DNA from: a virus
Reading direction: 5' to 3' (one strand)
Length of the DNA: 64,000 nt
Virus record (IMG/VR): IMGVR_UViG_3300005673_000003
Span: 64,001 to 128,000 of that record
The number at the start of each line of letters is the position of its first letter. The stretch's first letter is position 1. This document shows positions 28,329 to 38,551 of the stretch, one piece after another. A program made the position numbers and the translations under genes. Below the pieces are notes generated by a model. That model had not been told where the DNA came from. It ran no database searches and saw only the letters and a list, made by a program, of their open reading frames with translations.

Positions 28329-28927
28329 CTGGAATTCATCCAGCTACAGAACTGCCCAACCATTTCCCTGTCTAGCATTCCAATCGCCGCATCATTTCTT
28401 AGCATTAAAAGTGCAGAAGCGGGAGTAAGCGGCTGAGCGTATGGACGCTCCCCTACCATTGCGTCAAACATATCAGCCAAGATCAAACACCAATGTTTTG
28501 ATTGCCATTCTAGAGCTTTGCAAAATTCAGGAGGGTAGCCATGCTCATTGCCCTCGTTTTCTATACCTAAAGGCAGGCGGCAATGATGGGAGCGCACCAG
28601 CTCAACAACTTCTGGCTGATTATAGAAATGCAGAAGTAGCAGGTAGCCTTCATCTGGATGAGAGCGAATCTCAAGTAAATCTCGCTCCGTCAAGAAGTCT
28701 TTGATCTTCCAATCCAGATCCCGGTTCATGCAAAGCAACTGGCCGAAATCGTGCAGAATCCCAGCTTCAAACAATGCTCTTTGATCTTCGACTGATAAGC
28801 CGATATGCTTAGCGAAAGCTGCCGCAATCTTGGAAACCCTGCAACAATGAAACCATTTCCACGGACTCCAGCGAAGGAGCTGATATTCTGCAATATCTGA
28901 TACTTCCCGAAAAGAAAGAAGTGTCAT
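28325..28927 (-). CDS. Stand-alone HD-GYP phosphodiesterase
   Basis: LHDFG, HPDEG, SHH, HGYP, ADMFDAM..ERPY. Confidence 0.85.
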   Translation of the reverse strand: MTLLSFREVSDIAEYQLLRWSPWKWFHCCRVSKIAAAFAKHIGLSVEDQRALFEAGILHDFGQLLCMNRDLDWKIKDFLTERDLLEIRSHPDEGYLLLLHFYNQPEVVELVRSHHCRLPLGIENEGNEHGYPPEFCKALEWQSKHWCLILADMFDAMVGERPYAQPLTPASALLMLRNDAAIGMLDREMVGQFCSWMNSR

Positions 28928-29949
28928 GGTAGGTCGCTCCGGGTAATAGTTGTTTGCATCCCGTCTGATGAAATATTTACCAATAATCGCTTACTCCCTG
29001 CAATCTGCTGAGATTCGTCAGCTATCAGAGATACGCCTGCTTTCATTCCCATGAGCGTGTAAATATCATCCAATTGCATCCCAAGCTGAGAGGCGATGAT
29101 CGCGCTTACGACATTGGCTGGATTCTGCGGAGCTATTACCACTCCTCCCCCAGTAAAAGAAAATTGACTCGAAAATTGATTGATTTCTGATTGTATTATT
29201 CCAATCTGAATGAGAGTAGTATCGACGCTTGAATCGATCAGGCTAATCTGAGTGCTAATCGTTGCTACCTGAGCGATAACGGTAGTGATCATAGAATGAG
29301 CCGATTGAATCTCTGATAAGGCATCGTTTAGGGTTGTTCGATCATTACTATCGAAGCTATTGCTGGCTTGATCTCCTATGTCTGCCATCAATTTGCCAGC
29401 AGTGCCAGCCCCGGTAAACCCAGATGTAGAGCTACTCCAAACAGAATCGGCGATCGCTTGATTTCCGGCTGTCGATAAAGATCTGCCAGAATATCCCCAG
29501 ACTTGCTCCGGCGTTACTCCCCCTCCTCCTCCTTGATTGACAAGGTACGAGGTTTGAATATCTGAAAATTGCGGCTCGATGATGACTGGATTTGATAGCC
29601 CATTTAACTCGTAAATCGGCAAGCCAGCATCTTCCCCGAAGAGATTTGCTCCGCTGAACCGGATGACGTGATGATAATCGGCAGGGACTATCCTCCAATT
29701 CATCCCATTTTGATTCTGCAAGTAAATATCTGCTGTTGCATAGACCTGATTCCCCAAGAGATCGACAAATCGCCTTCCTCCTCCAGACTGCCGGAAAGGG
29801 AATCGATATTTCAGATTATCGGATTCCCCCCACCAAATTTCTCCAGCACTCCACAAATCTCTCAATACATCATAAGTGGCGATTATCGGACTCCCCGGCA
29901 ACGCCTGCTCTGTAATTGTTCGAGTGGGGCCATCAAAAATAAACGGCAT
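28924..29949 (-). CDS. Putative virion structural/fibre protein
   Basis: Gly/Ser-rich, coiled coil, operon context. Confidence 0.55.
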   Translation of the reverse strand: MPFIFDGPTRTITEQALPGSPIIATYDVLRDLWSAGEIWWGESDNLKYRFPFRQSGGGRRFVDLLGNQVYATADIYLQNQNGMNWRIVPADYHHVIRFSGANLFGEDAGLPIYELNGLSNPVIIEPQFSDIQTSYLVNQGGGGGVTPEQVWGYSGRSLSTAGNQAIADSVWSSSTSGFTGAGTAGKLMADIGDQASNSFDSNDRTTLNDALSEIQSAHSMITTVIAQVATISTQISLIDSSVDTTLIQIGIIQSEINQFSSQFSFTGGGVVIAPQNPANVVSAIIASQLGMQLDDIYTLMGMKAGVSLIADESQQIAGSKRLLVNISSDGMQTTITRSDLP

Positions 29950-31568
29950 TAAGCAGCGGCTCTAAATGCGGTGGTTTCCTGTCCTCGAAGCTGGAAGATT
30001 TGAGTCGTGTTGTTATTGATAACAAAAGCATACTCCTGCGGTAGGAGCTGGCCTGGAGCTGATAGAGTCACGATGATTGGAATCGCTGTGTTTGCTGGGT
30101 GGTTAAATTGATTAAATGTCTCAAAGGCAACCGCGAACGACAAGCTAGTATCTCCTGTGATCGTGCCCTCGATTGCCGCGCCAGCGGAATCAAGAATGGA
30201 CGTAATTCCATCAGTATTAAACACCGAGGCGAGATATACAGCAAATTTCGCTGTCCCGGTCAGGTATGGAGCAACCAGGAATTGCAAAGTGAATGCCGCA
30301 ACCCTTGCAAATTTGCGGCCAACCCCTATTGAATCGATAAAGGTGGAATCGTTACGCTCGGAAGCTGGCAGGCCATCGGTGTAACCTCGATACGTTACGT
30401 CAGAGGTACCGATAAACGTGCTGATAGCTGGAGAATGCCCGCCCAGAAGCGTTCCAGAGCCAGCATCAATATCAGTTGCTTGCTGTCTAACCAGCCAGTT
30501 TAATTTGGTGTGAACTTCTTCCTTAGTTGCCCCAGTCCGAGCAATAATCGCATCAAAATCATAGCTATTGCTTTCAATCGTTCGAGCTGCAACCGGAGAA
30601 TGCCGTGTATACGTGATGCTGGTGTAAGGCGCACTAGAAGAGATTGTTGCATCAGAAACCTTTACCGACCCGTCCGCATTCGCTAACACCAAGTCTAATT
30701 GGTCGTTCATGAACAGGGTGTATTTTTTGGCGGTCAGGCTCCCTGTATCCGGCTGCTCAATAAACAGATTGTAGTAGACAACCGTTCGACCCGGCTCTGC
30801 CAGCTTTGCTACGAAGTAACTCCGGCGATCGATGCTGTTCGGCACATCGCGAATCAATACCAATTGATTGATGTACCCCTGCGTTACGAAATCTGCAATC
30901 GTTCCACCCGCAGTTTGCCAGAACCTGGCTTGCCCGGTTCCGGCATAAAAAGCGGGAGAGTTGACGTTCATGTACTCCCTTTCGAGAGCATTTGATTCAC
31001 CATTTCTGACGATTACTGCCCCATCCCTAAGCGCGTTAATTGTATCCTCGTCATGAAGATCCCAGCCGTCAACAAGTTCAATCGTTTCAGCGTCAGGTCT
31101 TCGTTCTGTATACGGGAAAGGATAGGAATCGTAATCGCCAGAATCCCAGAGCGTTTGTAGTTCCGATGTTAATGCGATTTGAGCAACCCCATCTACAAAG
31201 TCGAGTCCAGAGGTTGCAACGAATTGGATCGTCTTTTTAAGCCTTTGGATTGTGCAAGCAAAAGAGGCTCCAGCCGCTTGCGTCGTTAGCACTGCCCCTG
31301 AATTGCTAGGAGAAAAACTGGATATGGTAATTGCTCCCGCTGCAACTGTATCGATCGTGGCGTATCCATTATTCGGGTTAGTCGGATTGGCGAATCGAAT
31401 AATAATTCGATCTCCAACCTCAAAGCCTTTGCTGATAAACTCGTTTGCTGAATCGGAGATAGTACTTGTTGCTGAGTTAATGCTAATCGTCGTTCTCTGA
31501 GTTAGTTCGACGATATTTAATTTTAGGTTGCTGGTATTTAATCCAGACTGATTAGTTATCTTCGGCAT
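29949..31568 (-). CDS. Putative virion structural protein
   Basis: Thr/Ala/Ser-rich beta composition, operon context. Confidence 0.55.
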   Translation of the reverse strand: MPKITNQSGLNTSNLKLNIVELTQRTTISINSATSTISDSANEFISKGFEVGDRIIIRFANPTNPNNGYATIDTVAAGAITISSFSPSNSGAVLTTQAAGASFACTIQRLKKTIQFVATSGLDFVDGVAQIALTSELQTLWDSGDYDSYPFPYTERRPDAETIELVDGWDLHDEDTINALRDGAVIVRNGESNALEREYMNVNSPAFYAGTGQARFWQTAGGTIADFVTQGYINQLVLIRDVPNSIDRRSYFVAKLAEPGRTVVYYNLFIEQPDTGSLTAKKYTLFMNDQLDLVLANADGSVKVSDATISSSAPYTSITYTRHSPVAARTIESNSYDFDAIIARTGATKEEVHTKLNWLVRQQATDIDAGSGTLLGGHSPAISTFIGTSDVTYRGYTDGLPASERNDSTFIDSIGVGRKFARVAAFTLQFLVAPYLTGTAKFAVYLASVFNTDGITSILDSAGAAIEGTITGDTSLSFAVAFETFNQFNHPANTAIPIIVTLSAPGQLLPQEYAFVINNNTTQIFQLRGQETTAFRAAA

Positions 31569-31785
31569 TATCAGTAACCTCCTTCGATAAAATTAGTGAC
31601 ATTGACGTTCCTGAAACTCTTATTAACCCGTCCTCGATAGAAATTTGAGTTGGTACAAATCCAGTGATTTTACCTCCTCTCCTCAAGATCAAAAAACGGT
31701 GAATCATCGGATCTTCGCAGATTGCTCCATTTGCTAGATCGTTTGTTGAGCGAATGACGATATACTTCATACCTCGCTCCTCCAA
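31552..31785 (-). CDS. Small hypothetical protein
   Basis: Fills the gap in the operon, GGAG RBS. Confidence 0.45.
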   Translation of the reverse strand: MEERGMKYIVIRSTNDLANGAICEDPMIHRFLILRRGGKITGFVPTQISIEDGLIRVSGTSMSLILSKEVTDNAEDN

Positions 31786-33464
31786 GCTGTTGACTCTGGC
31801 TGCTCAACGCTAATAAACTGATCTACGCTTCTCAGTAAAAAAGACCTGTTTCGATAGGGTTGATACCCTTCTTTGTTGATTAAAATATCAACTTTTTGAT
31901 CGTAGCCAGGGTAAGGATAAGAATAGCTTTCGGTTGTACCAGTGCTTGATACCTTGTAGATAACTGTGGATACTCCAGATAAGCGTATTGTAAGCTCAGA
32001 GCCAGCAAGAATATCGGTAAATATTAGCGTCGGCTGAGGAGCTAATACGATTACATTTCCCGTTAAACCTGAAGCATTAATGCCGTTAGCTGTAGTTCCA
32101 CCTGCTGTATTAGCCCAGTTTTTATCGGTTGTAGTCAACGCATCTCGAATAATGGTTAATGTTCCTGTTCCGGTAATCACCCAGTCATTCGTATTACCTG
32201 AAAAAATGTTCTCATCTGTGTAGACCGTTAAATCGCCAGATAAAACTATTTTTATAGCTCCAGCAGGAGTAACATTATCAGTAAAGCTCGCTCTGTTAAT
32301 ATCCTGGCTTCCATCCCAATTGAAAGCCCCAGCAATATCGGTGCCTGCCGTGATCGTGCAGTTTGCAAATCCTCTATTTGATGATGAATTTAGGCAGTCG
32401 CAATTTGAAAAAATCACACCATTGAAATTACTTGGCCCTTCTAATTGATCAGCGCCAAGATTGGAAATTACGCCACCAAACCAAATAAAATTTGCAGATG
32501 GTGAACCAATGATGACGAGCTTCCATTTAGAAGAAGAAGAGTAGCTGGTGCGAATTGATCTCCAATAACAATTAGCGGATAGATTAATTGTTAGCCCCAA
32601 ATAATTGGGGAGAACAATTGAGTGCTGAGGATTTGCAGAAATTCCATCAGACCCCGCGAAAATGAGGTTTTGATCAACTACTTCAAAACGTGAAGCAGTC
32701 GAGCCGTTGCCAAAAAATAATGGAATTTTGGAATAAAAACTGCTGCCCAGAGAAGGTAGCAAAAAAGTTCTCTGGGTATTTTCCGAGTAATTAGAAAGCG
32801 TTCGAAAACTCCCCGGAGTACTGCTATCACCAGCCGTCAGGATCAACCCCGAAGTGCTGCAAAAGCGATCATGGTAAGCTGTAATTCCAGCCGTAGTATT
32901 AGCCTGAAAATACCTAAATTCAATAGCATAAATAGTTGCCGGATTGAACGAACCTACAGTGGTTGTCGCGAGAATTGCCTGATTAAGATCGATTACTGCG
33001 CTTTGCCAACCTTCGGTGTTTCTTTTGGCTGCCGCGCTGGTGATAAAATCGGTATCCCCACCGTAGATTGGGTAATCCCTGTAAATTGTAGCTCCGCTAT
33101 CTGAATAGATCCGGAGCGTCATTCCGCCCAGCGATCGCGGATCCATTACCGACAGTCCGCCACTCCCAGCGTAAAGATCAATCTGAAAATGGATGACAAA
33201 TAAAGAATTTGAGAAATTACTTGGATTCGTTGCACCCAATTGGGTCATGGTAAACCGAACTGCTACCCATTGCAGGTAGCCAAATTCGGTGAATAGATTA
33301 TGGCATAACCCACCGTCAATCCCTTTCTTTTCGATGTATTCGCTATTCTGCCCTAAGATATTCGCGTTTACCGCCCCACCATCACGGGAGGTCGTGCCTG
33401 TGCGAGTTCCAGAGGTATTAAACGCCCCAAGTACATTAATTCCCGAAACGATAGGAGGAGCCAT
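31767..33464 (-). CDS. Putative beta-helix / receptor-binding virion protein
   Basis: Asn/Ser/Thr-rich repeats (FSNC, FANC, FTDN, FSGN). Confidence 0.5.
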   Translation of the reverse strand: MAPPIVSGINVLGAFNTSGTRTGTTSRDGGAVNANILGQNSEYIEKKGIDGGLCHNLFTEFGYLQWVAVRFTMTQLGATNPSNFSNSLFVIHFQIDLYAGSGGLSVMDPRSLGGMTLRIYSDSGATIYRDYPIYGGDTDFITSAAAKRNTEGWQSAVIDLNQAILATTTVGSFNPATIYAIEFRYFQANTTAGITAYHDRFCSTSGLILTAGDSSTPGSFRTLSNYSENTQRTFLLPSLGSSFYSKIPLFFGNGSTASRFEVVDQNLIFAGSDGISANPQHSIVLPNYLGLTINLSANCYWRSIRTSYSSSSKWKLVIIGSPSANFIWFGGVISNLGADQLEGPSNFNGVIFSNCDCLNSSSNRGFANCTITAGTDIAGAFNWDGSQDINRASFTDNVTPAGAIKIVLSGDLTVYTDENIFSGNTNDWVITGTGTLTIIRDALTTTDKNWANTAGGTTANGINASGLTGNVIVLAPQPTLIFTDILAGSELTIRLSGVSTVIYKVSSTGTTESYSYPYPGYDQKVDILINKEGYQPYRNRSFLLRSVDQFISVEQPESTAWRSEV

Positions 33465-33469
33465 CGCTG

Positions 33470-33838
33470 CTATCCTCTTCCAGCTACTAGCTTCACTTGA
33501 TGCATCAAGGCAACTCCCCGATGATCAACCTCGCTCATGTACTGGCAGAAATAGCGCTGTCCACCATGCTCGAACTGAGCTGAAGCTAAGTCCTGCCTGG
33601 TCAGATTGAGAGCAGGGAAATAAACCATTAACTCCCCTTCCTTGCTGGAGAGTTGCGGAGTATCAATACCGCTTAATTTTGGGGGCTTCAGCGTGCCATA
33701 AAATAGCTTCTTCGATTCCGATTTCTTGGGCGGAATTCCCAGTGCCGGATTACCTGCTTCGGTCGCTGCTTTGATTAGGTGAAACCGTAACCCTTCTTCC
33801 CGAATAAGTTCAGCAATATCTGCATGACTGATTAACAT
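33470..33838 (-). CDS. Putative head-closure protein
   Basis: Size and position after the head-tail connector. Confidence 0.45.
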   Translation of the reverse strand: MLISHADIAELIREEGLRFHLIKAATEAGNPALGIPPKKSESKKLFYGTLKPPKLSGIDTPQLSSKEGELMVYFPALNLTRQDLASAQFEHGGQRYFCQYMSEVDHRGVALMHQVKLVAGRG

Positions 33839-34434
33839 AGATCCTCCTTCGCTATCTCTGCGGAGATAGAAAGAGTCAGAAATTCAAAAAAAGTAGAGGC
33901 TAGGGCAGCATCTATCGAGTTCATGCTGACTTCCTGCTTGATTGCTGCCAGTGCTTGCTCTACTGTTTTTGCGGCCCGATAGCTGCGCTCCGATAGCAAA
34001 GCGTGCCAGCAATCGCAAATCGAAAAGACTTGCACCAGGTAGGGAATTTCAGCGCCCTCTAAGCTGTGTGGGTAGCCTGTACCATTAATTCGCTCATGGT
34101 GCAGCTCTACGATTTCTAGGATTGGCTGAAAAGACGCGAAATCTTCCAGTAGCCTTTTCCCTGCGATCGTATGCTGCCGGATGGCACTCCATTGCGCGTA
34201 GTTTAATCGGCCTGATTGCTGGAGAATAGAGGTATCTACGAATAGGTTGCCAATATCATGCAGGTAAGCCCCAGCTTCCAGCGTAGCCAAGTCATAGGGT
34301 AGCAATCTGAGATACTTGCCAAAATCGGAGCAGAGTTTTACCAGTTGCGGCAAACTTCTCTCCAGTGGATCATGAAATTGCTGTTGCTGCGCTAGCAATT
34401 CCAGTACATCTTTTTTCGGCAGTAAATCTCGCAT
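33832..34434 (-). CDS. Stand-alone HD-GYP phosphodiesterase
   Basis: LHDIG, HTIAG, HHERINGTGYP...EIP, ICDCW..L.SERSYR; start at ATG 34434 after the leader motif. Confidence 0.88.
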   Translation of the reverse strand: MRDLLPKKDVLELLAQQQQFHDPLERSLPQLVKLCSDFGKYLRLLPYDLATLEAGAYLHDIGNLFVDTSILQQSGRLNYAQWSAIRQHTIAGKRLLEDFASFQPILEIVELHHERINGTGYPHSLEGAEIPYLVQVFSICDCWHALLSERSYRAAKTVEQALAAIKQEVSMNSIDAALASTFFEFLTLSISAEIAKEDLC

Positions 34435-34459
34435 AATCGATTGATTATTAAACTGGTTG

Positions 34460-35125
34460 CTAAACAACTGGGCTTCCACCTGTTTGCAATGCCTGCTTGA
34501 ATTCGCGCAGAGGCCCAAATAAGCGATCGGCATTGGTTTGCCCAACTTTGCTATCTGACACCTTCCAGGATTTCTTCAGGCCGCTCGGAAGCTGGAAGGA
34601 TTCAACATCTTTAGCTGCTTCATCGAGAAGGCTAAAGTTAACTGGATTGCCGGATTGAATCATGAGGATTAATGCCTCAAAAATGCAATCGCCAACAATA
34701 GCCGGAATTGGGTCATAGCCTGCAATGTAAGTCACGATCGCGCATGTCAGCGGGTTGAGTAAATTGATCGTTCGCACGCCTCCAATCTGGCAAGTATCTT
34801 TGGTTGGCAGATAGTACGGGAGCCTATTTGGGATAGGTTGCACATTGACAATCGAAATGATGGGATAGTTTGAGGTGCAGGCTAGCGGCGATAAGGCATC
34901 CGCGCCCAGGCTCTCTGTATACTGCGTTGGCGCAATACGATAACCCACCCACTGATCTACTCGCTCTTCCAGTTTGCGTAGAATCAATTCCAGAGTGGAT
35001 TGATTGGCAGGATCTAAGAGCATCTCAATCAATCCTGAATTCTCAAATCCGGTCAATTCGTAAACCGGCTGGAGAAGGGTTAGCTGCTCGATCGCTTGCT
35101 GTGCGGTCAGATATGCCAAGGCCAT
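34460..35125 (-). CDS. Putative head-tail connector/adaptor
   Basis: AYLT...VTYIAGY.PIP pattern, downstream of the major capsid gene. Confidence 0.65.
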   Translation of the reverse strand: MALAYLTAQQAIEQLTLLQPVYELTGFENSGLIEMLLDPANQSTLELILRKLEERVDQWVGYRIAPTQYTESLGADALSPLACTSNYPIISIVNVQPIPNRLPYYLPTKDTCQIGGVRTINLLNPLTCAIVTYIAGYDPIPAIVGDCIFEALILMIQSGNPVNFSLLDEAAKDVESFQLPSGLKKSWKVSDSKVGQTNADRLFGPLREFKQALQTGGSPVV

Positions 35126-35128
35126 TGG

Positions 35129-35482
35129 CTAACCCCCAGAACTCTTAGATTTTCGCTTCCCCTTAATTGATTGATTTTCCGGTTGAGATTCCGCTAATTC
35201 CTCGCTCTCTGCAATAGTATCTACAGCCGCTTCCTCTACCTTCTGGGGAGTTGCTTCATTGCCTGCTTTAGAATCGGCTACAGGCTCGTCTGCAGTAATC
35301 TGAGGAGATGGAGGGTTGTAGTACTCCGCGTAACCAGCTTCGACCAAAAGTTTATCAATACGCCCTCCAAAGCTTTTAGCTCCATTCGGTTTTCGTAAGC
35401 TACCCACTCCTACCAGAGTAGTCAGGATTGGCGCTTTCCATTTGTTTGTAGCTGTGATCATGATTTCCTCCCTGAACTTCAC
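35129..35482 (-). CDS. Hypothetical protein following the major capsid gene
   Basis: LVEAGYAE motif, position. Confidence 0.5.
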   Translation of the reverse strand: MKFREEIMITATNKWKAPILTTLVGVGSLRKPNGAKSFGGRIDKLLVEAGYAEYYNPPSPQITADEPVADSKAGNEATPQKVEEAAVDTIAESEELAESQPENQSIKGKRKSKSSGG

Positions 35483-35519
35483 CTAAGCAGATAGGGGCAA
35501 AACGCCCCTATCAATGAAT

Positions 35520-36602
35520 CTAGTTAGCCGTGGTGTAAGTCCATGCGGAGCCGCGAGGTGCGGTCACGTCCAACCTGTAAATATCGGCCCCCCTGTTTTT
35601 GGCATAGAGCACGCCATAGCAGAGAATCATCCGCTTCTCGGTCAACGGTACGTTATTAGCGAAGGTCGTGATCTCAAAAATCTGCGGATCAAACGTCTGG
35701 GCACCACCCAGAGGTACTACGCCTTTCCAGACCAGCTTATTGATGTCGATAAACCAGAAGTTGATTGTATCGGGATCTGTATTTGCGCCAGCCGTATCGC
35801 TCAGGAATGGGGTCATGCTGATGGGCACCTTGCCCCAAGGGGTCAGGATTGCTGGCACCTGTACACCAGGAATTACTTCTACCAATTGGGTGAAGAGCCG
35901 CTTCTCCTCGATTTCTCGCTGAATCAGATTCCAGCCAGCACCAGTAGTGATGATGTCAGTGATTCGATGGTTAGTAACCCGATTAGACATAATCCGGGTG
36001 CAGCATTCGACCAGCTTCTGAGAAAGGCTGGTTTCTGGGGTGGTTGCCGTAATATCCAGCGTGAAAACATGGTTTGAGGTCGGCATCAACTGGGGAATGC
36101 CATTGAATTGCAAGGCATCAGAGGTGGCATTTCCAGTGAATAATCCCAGTTCGAGCAGCATTGTAGCTGCATCAATCATATCGTTGGTATCCCTCGCAAC
36201 CTGATCACCGTAGGGGCGACCCTGCTGCTCGTACAACGACCGAGCATAATGGCTCCAGTCAATAAAGCCGGAGACGCATTTTACTTCCTGCCCTGGATCG
36301 GTTAAATCCTGGCGATTGGTTAATCCACCTTGACCCGCGACAGTATTCAGCGTAGACTTCGCGCTAAATCCAACCGCTGGCAATTGGGTCATTCTGATTT
36401 CTTTGATGATATCCGCTTCCGCTGGCTCCTTGGGCAAGCGTGCCCAGAATGGCGCGTTGCGGTACAAATAATCACCGATTTCAGGCATGAAATCCTGTCT
36501 GACCGTGAAGCGGCCCATGTTCGTAGCCGCTGCCTGAGTGAGGCTATCGAAAAGCTGATCCGCTTCCGATACATTCTGAAAATTAACTCCTGCAATAGTC
36601 AT
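35520..36602 (-). CDS. Major capsid protein (HK97-fold, inferred)
   Basis: LFTGN....QFNGI, TPWG.VPI..TPFL; strong RBS; follows protease/scaffold. Confidence 0.75.
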   Translation of the reverse strand: MTIAGVNFQNVSEADQLFDSLTQAAATNMGRFTVRQDFMPEIGDYLYRNAPFWARLPKEPAEADIIKEIRMTQLPAVGFSAKSTLNTVAGQGGLTNRQDLTDPGQEVKCVSGFIDWSHYARSLYEQQGRPYGDQVARDTNDMIDAATMLLELGLFTGNATSDALQFNGIPQLMPTSNHVFTLDITATTPETSLSQKLVECCTRIMSNRVTNHRITDIITTGAGWNLIQREIEEKRLFTQLVEVIPGVQVPAILTPWGKVPISMTPFLSDTAGANTDPDTINFWFIDINKLVWKGVVPLGGAQTFDPQIFEITTFANNVPLTEKRMILCYGVLYAKNRGADIYRLDVTAPRGSAWTYTTAN

Positions 36603-36656
36603 TCCGCCTTCTCCTTGATGGTTAATTGATTGATTAGTGGGTTGCTGGGGAGAGGC

Positions 36657-38411
36657 TTAAACCATCTCAGGGAGTTGCTGCATTCTGAGCTTATGGATCT
36701 CATCACGCAGTTGCACTCGACGGGCCATCATAGTTGGATCTGTCGAGCTTTGAGCTTCTTGCAGCCGCGCTTCTAGTTGCAGGATTTGCCCATCAATAGA
36801 TTCAGGATCAATAGTCTTGCTGGCGGTAGAAGCTGCAACGATGCCGCTGCTCATCCGAGCGGGAGCACCAGTGGGATTAAGTAAGCTAGCAAGGGTTTCT
36901 TTAGCAGTCTTCCGGATCATTGCCTGCATCTCTTGTTGCTGTTGAGCAGCTTGAGCGGCTACCTTTTGTTCTTCCTCTTGCTGAATCTTGGCATTGCGCT
37001 CGTCTACTAGAACTTTCACGCTACTGACCAAAGGCGTTACCAGTTCGCTAAGCTGAGTAATCATTTGAGCTTGAGCATCAAACGCCGCTTTAATTTCTTC
37101 GTTCATTTCGATTTCTCCGGTTGGTGGTTCTTGAGTTGAATCAGGGGTTATCGGATCGCTTTCAGCAGAGACTGCGGTAGCCTCCGGTTGCTCCGATCGC
37201 TCTGCATTGATTGCCTCTGCCGAAGCCGCGATTAATTGGCTAACGACTCGGTTAAACTCCTCTGATGGCCTTAACCGAGTCGTCAGCTTTTTAAGTCTGC
37301 CGCTGCCCCGATGCTGATCCTCTTCTGGAGGCTTATCTTCGGAGGGTCGGGAGCTGGCAACCAATTCTGTTTGCTGAAATGTCGCTGCATCCTTGTAGAG
37401 GATGTTCGCGCCAAGGAGGATGAGCTTGTCTACCACATGGGCCATCTCCCCGTTAACCTCTTCGTCATGCCCTGGAGCGTAGGCATTGATCGAAAATCCA
37501 AGACTTTGTTTATTTGCCCGAATCTGAGCTACCTTTTCAGGCTGATTGAATGGGAATAATGAGCCACGCACCCAGAAACCGTTATCTTGCCGTAGGGTAG
37601 CTCCCAGCATCACTCCAACGATTTCATCGTTCGCATGATGATCGAGCGTGTCAGCGGCATCTAATGGCAATCCGACGCACTGATTAACTGCTTCCTCTGC
37701 AACTGCGCGAGGGATGTACAGCTTCTTCCCTGGCCCCTTCGCTGGCACGCCTTCAGAGAGCTGATCAACGGTAAATAACTTGCCTTCAATCGGGAGCCGA
37801 TTTCCTGCCCCTGCTTCGATTAAATCCAGGCTGCAGGGCAAGCTATACATATCCGCCGCTTCGTGCCCAACCTCCGGTTTCGCTGCCGCTAATTGAGCGA
37901 GGCTTGCAGAGATTGCCGGATAGCTGGTCGCCAGCTCCTGTAAATACTTTTGCAGATCTTGGATTAATTGATTGATTTCTTCGGTGCCCTCACCTTCCGC
38001 TACATCGTAAACAGCGTCCTGGAAAAACCAGGAGAATGACCAGAGAATGTTGTCCAGCCGCTGATACCAGTTGGAGCGATCGACGAAATTGGTGAACTCC
38101 GATGCTTCGATATGGGCATCTTCTGCGCCCGCTTGAGTCTCCTCCGGTTTTGATTCCGATTGAGATTCAGTTACAGCCGCTGAGCTGGCATCGTCAGAGC
38201 GTAGGCCAGCCTGGGTATCTTCCTCGTCCTCGTCGCCATCGAGCAAGCCAGCATCCCCTAGAATTTCCTGGATTGCTTTGGCAGCGTTAGCTATTCCTTC
38301 CAGAGCGGATGCTAATTTTTTTTCATTTTTTGAGCTAATTGATTTACCTGCTGCCTGGGTTGCTGGCGTGAATCCCCTGGCTGGAGGTCGTCTTTTGAGG
38401 GTCTTAGGCAT
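36657..38411 (-). CDS. Prohead protease/scaffold fusion
   Basis: DHH...VG...GFSINA...GANIL...A.F core, coiled-coil C-terminus, between portal and capsid. Confidence 0.65.
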   Translation of the reverse strand: MPKTLKRRPPARGFTPATQAAGKSISSKNEKKLASALEGIANAAKAIQEILGDAGLLDGDEDEEDTQAGLRSDDASSAAVTESQSESKPEETQAGAEDAHIEASEFTNFVDRSNWYQRLDNILWSFSWFFQDAVYDVAEGEGTEEINQLIQDLQKYLQELATSYPAISASLAQLAAAKPEVGHEAADMYSLPCSLDLIEAGAGNRLPIEGKLFTVDQLSEGVPAKGPGKKLYIPRAVAEEAVNQCVGLPLDAADTLDHHANDEIVGVMLGATLRQDNGFWVRGSLFPFNQPEKVAQIRANKQSLGFSINAYAPGHDEEVNGEMAHVVDKLILLGANILYKDAATFQQTELVASSRPSEDKPPEEDQHRGSGRLKKLTTRLRPSEEFNRVVSQLIAASAEAINAERSEQPEATAVSAESDPITPDSTQEPPTGEIEMNEEIKAAFDAQAQMITQLSELVTPLVSSVKVLVDERNAKIQQEEEQKVAAQAAQQQQEMQAMIRKTAKETLASLLNPTGAPARMSSGIVAASTASKTIDPESIDGQILQLEARLQEAQSSTDPTMMARRVQLRDEIHKLRMQQLPEMV

Positions 38412-38551
38412 GGCTATTATCCTTAAAACAAAACAGCCACGCTGAAGCCCTCAGCATGGCTGTTTACGGTTAATCAATGAGTTTTTGGAAATCCGCCTGA
38501 AGACGGAGGAATCAGCTAGAGTCTAGCATTCCATATCATAAGTCTACAAGA

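Noticed and set aside
35514-36077. Long antisense ORFs here and elsewhere in the track
   Set aside because: Shadows of well-supported genes on the opposite strand
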